Assembly: GCA_000004985.1 (NCBI GenBank)
Contig: GG738875.1
From: Naegleria gruberi
Lineage: Eukaryota
Strand: one strand, 5' to 3'
Length of the DNA: 64,000 nucleotides
The position numbers and the translations under genes were made by a program. Of this stretch, positions 59,470 to 64,000 are shown piece after piece (position 1 is the stretch's first letter; each line of letters opens with the position of its first letter). Below the pieces are notes generated by a model, which made no database searches, was not told the DNA's origin, and worked only from the letters and a program-made list of their open reading frames with translations.

Positions 59470-59555
59470 ATTGTGTATTAATTTAATAAATAATAATTTA
59501 TTATCTTTTCTAAATCAGAATATTGTTAAATAAATAATTTTGTTGATTCTTTTAT

Positions 59556-60782
59556 TTACAGTTCAAATTTCTTCAAAACAGTTGACTGAGAAATTGCATT
59601 ATATGACATTTGAGCTCCCTTAAATTGAACAGTGACAGAAGCAATGAAATTAGCCAACTTGATGGATTCTTCCACTGGAATATCACAAGAAACGAAATAA
59701 GCAAAACTTCCAACCCAAGCATCACCTGCACCAGTTGAATCCATTACATCTACAATTTCACCCTCCACATACTTATAGATTGTTTCTCCATTTTCAGTGT
59801 ACAAAGCAGCGCAACCTCTCTTGCCTAAAGTTATTATGACATTTGAGACTGATAATTTTTCTTTGATTTCTCTACATAAGCTTTCAACTGAGCTTTGATC
59901 CTCAACATAGGAGTCAGCCAATTCCTTTCCAATAATTAAAGGTGCTTCTGTTTCATTTGGAATAATATAATCCACATATTTTGGAAGATCAGCAAGTTCA
60001 GGAGGTAAAGTTAAGAGATTGACAGCAGGAGCTGGATTAAAAATGGTAATCAATCCTTCTTCCTTTCCTCTCTTAAGAGCATGATATGTAGCATTGAGAG
60101 GTGTTTCATTTTGACATACAAGTACTTTACATTGTTTGATATCATCCCATGAGTCATCAACCATTTGTGGAGTAAGATGTTCGTTTGATCCTCCTACAAG
60201 AACAATTGAATTATTTCCTGTTGCTTTTTCAACAAAAATCAAAGCTTGTCCACTCACAGAATCAACAATTCTTACATTTTTGTCCACATTATATAAATTA
60301 TTAGTTCTAAAGTTTTCTTTGCCTTGTTGGCCAAAAGCATCATTACCAACAACAGTAACAAAAACTACTTTAGCCTCCTTGCTCGATAATTTAGAAATAC
60401 AGACTGCTTGATTAGCTCCTTTTCCACCAAATTGTTGGTCAAAACTATCAGCAAAAAGTGTTTCACCGACTTTAGGAATTCTTTTTACTCCCTATTAGTT
60501 TTATCATGATCAAAATTAATTTTGTTTATACATCAATATTATCAATAAATATTATTATCAATAATGACATTGTTGTTGTAGTAGTAAATATCTTTCCATC
60601 ATCACGGATTTGTAAATACTTACATAAGTAAGATCAACGTTGGAACTACCAACAATAGCGACACCTGAATATATATTTTAAATATTATTCTGTATAGTCT
60701 CATCAAACATACCTTGTTCTTGTGTAAACCCATCAAAGGCAGACTCACCAATATTGGCACCAGAAGGAGAGGAAGCGATCAT
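59556..60782 (-). CDS. Ribokinase (PfkB family); complement(join(59556..60491, 60624..60664, 60713..60782))
   Basis: The N-terminal region reads VAIVGSSNVDLTY|GVKRIPKVGETLFADSFDQQFGGKGANQAV. The anion-hole motif is DSTGAGDAWVGSFAY. Introns are 48 and 132 nt, both GT..AG, and the protein is 348 aa. Confidence 0.85.
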
Positions 60783-61134
60783 TTTTTTTAGAGTTGGAGC
60801 TTTTTTAAAACCCGATTAGACTTGCTCGGCCACGGTGACTATTGAATTTGAAACTTGATTATTTCAGTGTTATTGTTGTTGTATGATGACGATAAAGGAG
60901 GAGAGTAATCTTTAAACTCTTCAAAATTCATTTCGTACTTTATAATGTTGAAGTGCTATTATTATTCAAAAGGTGTCAAGCCAAGTGTGTACAAGAACAA
61001 AATGGAGCAGTTACATTCTAGTAATTTCATAGAGCCCATTATTGTACATTGATTTGGCGCCAATAAAGTTCAAACTGTAGACTGGACAAAGTGAGGCGGT
61101 TTGAGGTTTTTTTAAAAAAACATAGCGCCAAAAA

Positions 61135-62886
61135 ATGTCTGAAGAAGAACATAACGAATCAGGTGAAGGTTTTGAATCATTCAACTATGAAGAAGATGAA
61201 GAACATGAAGAAGAAGAACAACAATCTTCACCAAAACAAGCAACATCACCTTCTCAAAAATCATCAGCCCCTTCATCACCAGCAAATAGACAGCCATCAT
61301 CTCCATCTATGAGACCAACATCAACAAGGAGTACTAAAATGCTTGCTCAATTCTCTTCAAGGCCTAGTACAAATACACACTTTATGGAAAAGTTTGAACA
61401 TGAAAAATCCGACTATTCTAACGACAATGTCCCTGTTGATGATAGAGTTAGAATTCTTGTAAATACAGATAAAAACAACGAAGTTGAAGGTGAAACAAAT
61501 AATGCGGATGAATCATTTGAATCATTTGGTGACGAATTTGAAAATAAGGAAGAAGAAATTGAACCTACAGAGGAATATAAGAATGATCTCGGTATTAAAC
61601 CGTCTGACTCCCATGAAGTTCAAGAATTGAAAAAAGCTCTCAATTCAGATAAACAATTAATTGCTAAGCTTAAAAAGAATAACCAAGGTCTGAAGGAGCA
61701 ACTTGTACAACTCAATCAAATAGTGGAGGAACAACTTGAACAAAACGGAGTTAAAATTCAAAAGCCAAAACCAACAGTCAAAACAGTTCTTGTAGGAAAT
61801 GATCAAGAGCTTAAACTTTTAAGAAAACAACATGAAATTGATAAGAAAACAATTGAAAAATTACAAAAGCAACTCTTTAGTGAAGGAAATCCAGAAAGAA
61901 TCAAACTTTTAGTTAATAAGATGAGTGAATTAACTAAACAACTAGAAGATCTTGAAAAGGAAAATAAGAGCTTGAAGATTATCCAAAGAGAGCAAAGCAA
62001 AGCTCTGGAAACATCTGCTGGTGTTCAAGACAAGACAATTGATGTTATGAAGAACGAATCAAGGTTCCAAAGCGGTAAAATTGAACAGCTGAAAGACAAG
62101 ATTAAAGAGCTCGAAGAAGTAGTTAACCAAAAGAATAAGATGCTAGGTGTTCATGAGCAAAAAGCAAAGAATTTAGAAACAATTTTGAAGAGAAAGAACT
62201 TGACAGAAGATGGTGTCACAAAAATTGATGAATTGACAAAGCAAATTGAAGAATTATCTAAAGAAAATGACAAATTGAAAAAGGATACTATTGTTATGAA
62301 CAAATCGAAAGAAGTGTTGGAAAAGAAAGCAAAAATGATTAGTTACCAATCCAAACAAGAAGTTAAGAAATTTTCTCAAGAAAATACAGAACTAAGGATG
62401 ATGTTAGAAAAGAGAGAGAAGGATATAAGAGCTTCGAACATGATTCTCAAACAAAACAACCTTACTCAACACATGATAACCATTAGTCCTTTATCTACTC
62501 CAAATAGTTCTTCAGACCTTTTTGCAACCAACCAAACATCTACAAATCAACCAACAAGTGGTGGTGGCTCTTCTGGTAGTCAAAGAAAGGTAACAGCAAG
62601 TCCAAGTCCAACAGCTCCAAAGACAAAGACTGTAACTAAAACAACAAATGCTGCTGTCACTGAACACAAGAAAATAGCCAAGAAGAATAATATTCAAACT
62701 TTGGGAGAAAAGAAGAAGAGTATAACAAGCACAGCTCAAGAAATTCTGAATACTGTTGAAGAAGCAGTAGATGATGAATTTTTCGGTGATGATTTTGCAG
62801 GAGACGACTTTGATGACAGCGAAGAACCACCAAAGCAATCATCTAACAATAACGAAGAATCATCAATATTTGCTCCAAGTTTTTAA
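61135..62886 (+). CDS. Coiled-coil protein with an acidic N-terminus, a Ser/Pro-rich segment and an acidic C-terminal tail
   Basis: 583-codon ORF. Long heptad-like stretches are present: LKEQLVQLNQIVEEQLEQ and KLQKQLF...LTKQLEDLEKENKSLK. The C-terminus reads DDEFFGDDFAGDDFDD. Confidence 0.6.
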   Translation: MSEEEHNESGEGFESFNYEEDEEHEEEEQQSSPKQATSPSQKSSAPSSPANRQPSSPSMRPTSTRSTKMLAQFSSRPSTNTHFMEKFEHEKSDYSNDNVPVDDRVRILVNTDKNNEVEGETNNADESFESFGDEFENKEEEIEPTEEYKNDLGIKPSDSHEVQELKKALNSDKQLIAKLKKNNQGLKEQLVQLNQIVEEQLEQNGVKIQKPKPTVKTVLVGNDQELKLLRKQHEIDKKTIEKLQKQLFSEGNPERIKLLVNKMSELTKQLEDLEKENKSLKIIQREQSKALETSAGVQDKTIDVMKNESRFQSGKIEQLKDKIKELEEVVNQKNKMLGVHEQKAKNLETILKRKNLTEDGVTKIDELTKQIEELSKENDKLKKDTIVMNKSKEVLEKKAKMISYQSKQEVKKFSQENTELRMMLEKREKDIRASNMILKQNNLTQHMITISPLSTPNSSSDLFATNQTSTNQPTSGGGSSGSQRKVTASPSPTAPKTKTVTKTTNAAVTEHKKIAKKNNIQTLGEKKKSITSTAQEILNTVEEAVDDEFFGDDFAGDDFDDSEEPPKQSSNNNEESSIFAPSF

Positions 62887-63011
62887 ATAAAAATTGGTTT
62901 TGTAATTATCTAAAAACCCAGTTTATTCGGTTTAATTAAAGCTGATTCACAGTTCTTGGGAGATCTTTATAATTGTTATTAATTACATAATCATCAAACA
63001 TTACTACATAC

Positions 63012-63358
63012 CTTCCATAGGAGTTTCACTTTCACCTTCAACTCTTTCGAAAACGGCATCCTTGAAAGCGTTAATCTTTCTCATTTCTACCTTTCTGATC
63101 TTTGGGTCCTTGATAACTCTTCTCAAGAAGTATGAGTTCAATTGGATATACTTCAAGAAAGACAATCCGTTACGATAAGCCTAATTAAATTAAAAAAACA
63201 TCCGAATAATAATAATTAATATTGATGATGAATTTAAAAAATAATTATTCAACAGCGAGTATTGTTCATGATGACAAATTTTGTAGTGATGAAGACAAGA
63301 TACGGAAAATGTTTTAGAGGCCTGCAGGAGAGAAAAAATGACTTACTTGTTCAGACAT
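63012..63358 (-). CDS. Small strongly codon-biased protein; exon 1 at 63347-63358 (MSEQ), a 166-nt intron, exon 2 at 63012-63180; a further 3' exon is likely
   Basis: MSEQ|AYRNGLSFLKYIQLNSYFLRRVIKDPKIRKVEMRKINAFKDAVFERVEGESETPMEG is followed by the donor gaa g|gtatgtag at 63011. Codon usage is C-ending (aag, ttc, atc, aac). The protein is not confidently identified. Confidence 0.4.
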
Positions 63359-63720
63359 CGTTTGATATTTTTTTTAGAGAGGGAGATGTTTACAATAACT
63401 TTAATACTGGCGACCATTGCTGGTCATTTTTACTATTCCACTCAAAATTGAGTTTAATTGAGTTTTTAATATTTAAAACCTTAGTTTCTTCCTCATTCAC
63501 ATATTCTCTTTGATTTATTCTTCTTAGACAATCAAAAGAACTTGGAAAAAACGCATGGTCTTCACTTTCGCTTTGAAGTGAATGTTTGTTGTAAAACAAA
63601 AAAGCGCAGGAGCATTTTGTCCCTTTTTAGATCGCAATAAACACCAGAAAAAATTAGAGTCATCTATGGACTCTTGTTAACTTGTAAAATTATCTAACTA
63701 CTTGATATTAAAATCGGAAT

Positions 63721-64000
63721 GCCAAAGAAGAAAAGAGTACAATCTAAAAATTCTCCATCGTCGTCTGATGATAGTTCTGGAGATTCTGATGAAGAAAGAC
63801 CAACTATTAAAAATAAGGCTAAAAGGAAGAAGGTGGCCTCTTTTGTTGACTTTACTACAACTGATGAGTTTTTGAATGGACTAAGTGATGCTGTTTATTT
63901 TAGCAGATTACCATATGAAAAACTAAGTGTGGAAGAAATTAAAGATTTAGACATTTCATACGCCTTAGAATGTAATGAAGAATATTTAGCTGTCAGAAAT
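63721..64000 (+). CDS. Hypothetical protein, 5' part (runs off the window)
   Basis: ATG at 63721 begins MPKKKRVQSKNSPSSSDDSSGDSDEE..., and the frame is open to the window end. Confidence 0.4.

Noticed and set aside
1-64000. Bacterial start-codon assumption and a search for a prokaryotic defence system or operon
   Set aside because: Many M starts in the track are TTG or GTG (for example 3606, 19526, 25962, 46626, 47004, 51323). The window has spliceosomal introns, a eukaryotic gene set and a eukaryotic tRNA, so operon or defence-island logic does not apply.

Overview
This window is eukaryotic nuclear DNA, not prokaryotic. The coding sequence is AT-rich, with poly-Asn, poly-Gln and poly-Thr tracts and codons biased toward A/T endings. 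Introns are canonical GT...AG spliceosomal introns of 38 to about 190 nt, typically starting gtatgt or gtaagt. All of this looks like a dictyostelid-like amoebozoan. Unusually, the intergenic DNA is less AT-rich than the coding DNA. The sequence is a draft scaffold with five N-runs: 11178-12740, 14468-16040, 17721-17770, 19845-21127 and 30253-30302. Many M start residues in the supplied ORF track are really TTG or GTG codons, so I re-derived starts and exon joins by eye. I can support about 40 protein-coding genes on both strands and one tRNA-Asn(GUU). I found no CRISPR array, operon or prokaryotic defence locus. The supportable genes are: a family-A DNA polymerase C-terminus; a kinase-DUF4116-LRR protein; an ELMO protein; a Rab-like GTPase; a DEDDh exonuclease; a SNIP1-like FHA protein; HSD17B10-like and HSD17B12/KAR-like SDRs; glycerol-3-phosphate dehydrogenase; IscA; AP-4 beta; a Tom1-like VHS-GAT protein; 14-3-3; a Ras GTPase; an RCC1-BTB protein; an NHL-repeat protein; an RCC1-propeller/EGF membrane protein; MCM9; TANGO2; ribokinase; a large HEAT-like protein; and several hypothetical genes. 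The most interesting observations are listed here. (1) Sequence identities across gap edges indicate that two loci are interleaved in the scaffold. (2) A kinase gene carries an unusual kinase + DUF4116 + RI-type LRR architecture, encoded partly by near-identical 72-bp DNA repeats with a duplicated 3' junction. (3) A type-I membrane protein combines an extracellular RCC1 propeller with EGF repeats. (4) Genes are extremely tightly packed, with a 17-bp tandem spacing and convergent overlaps of coding 3' ends. (5) Several frame discontinuities could be draft errors or pseudogenes.
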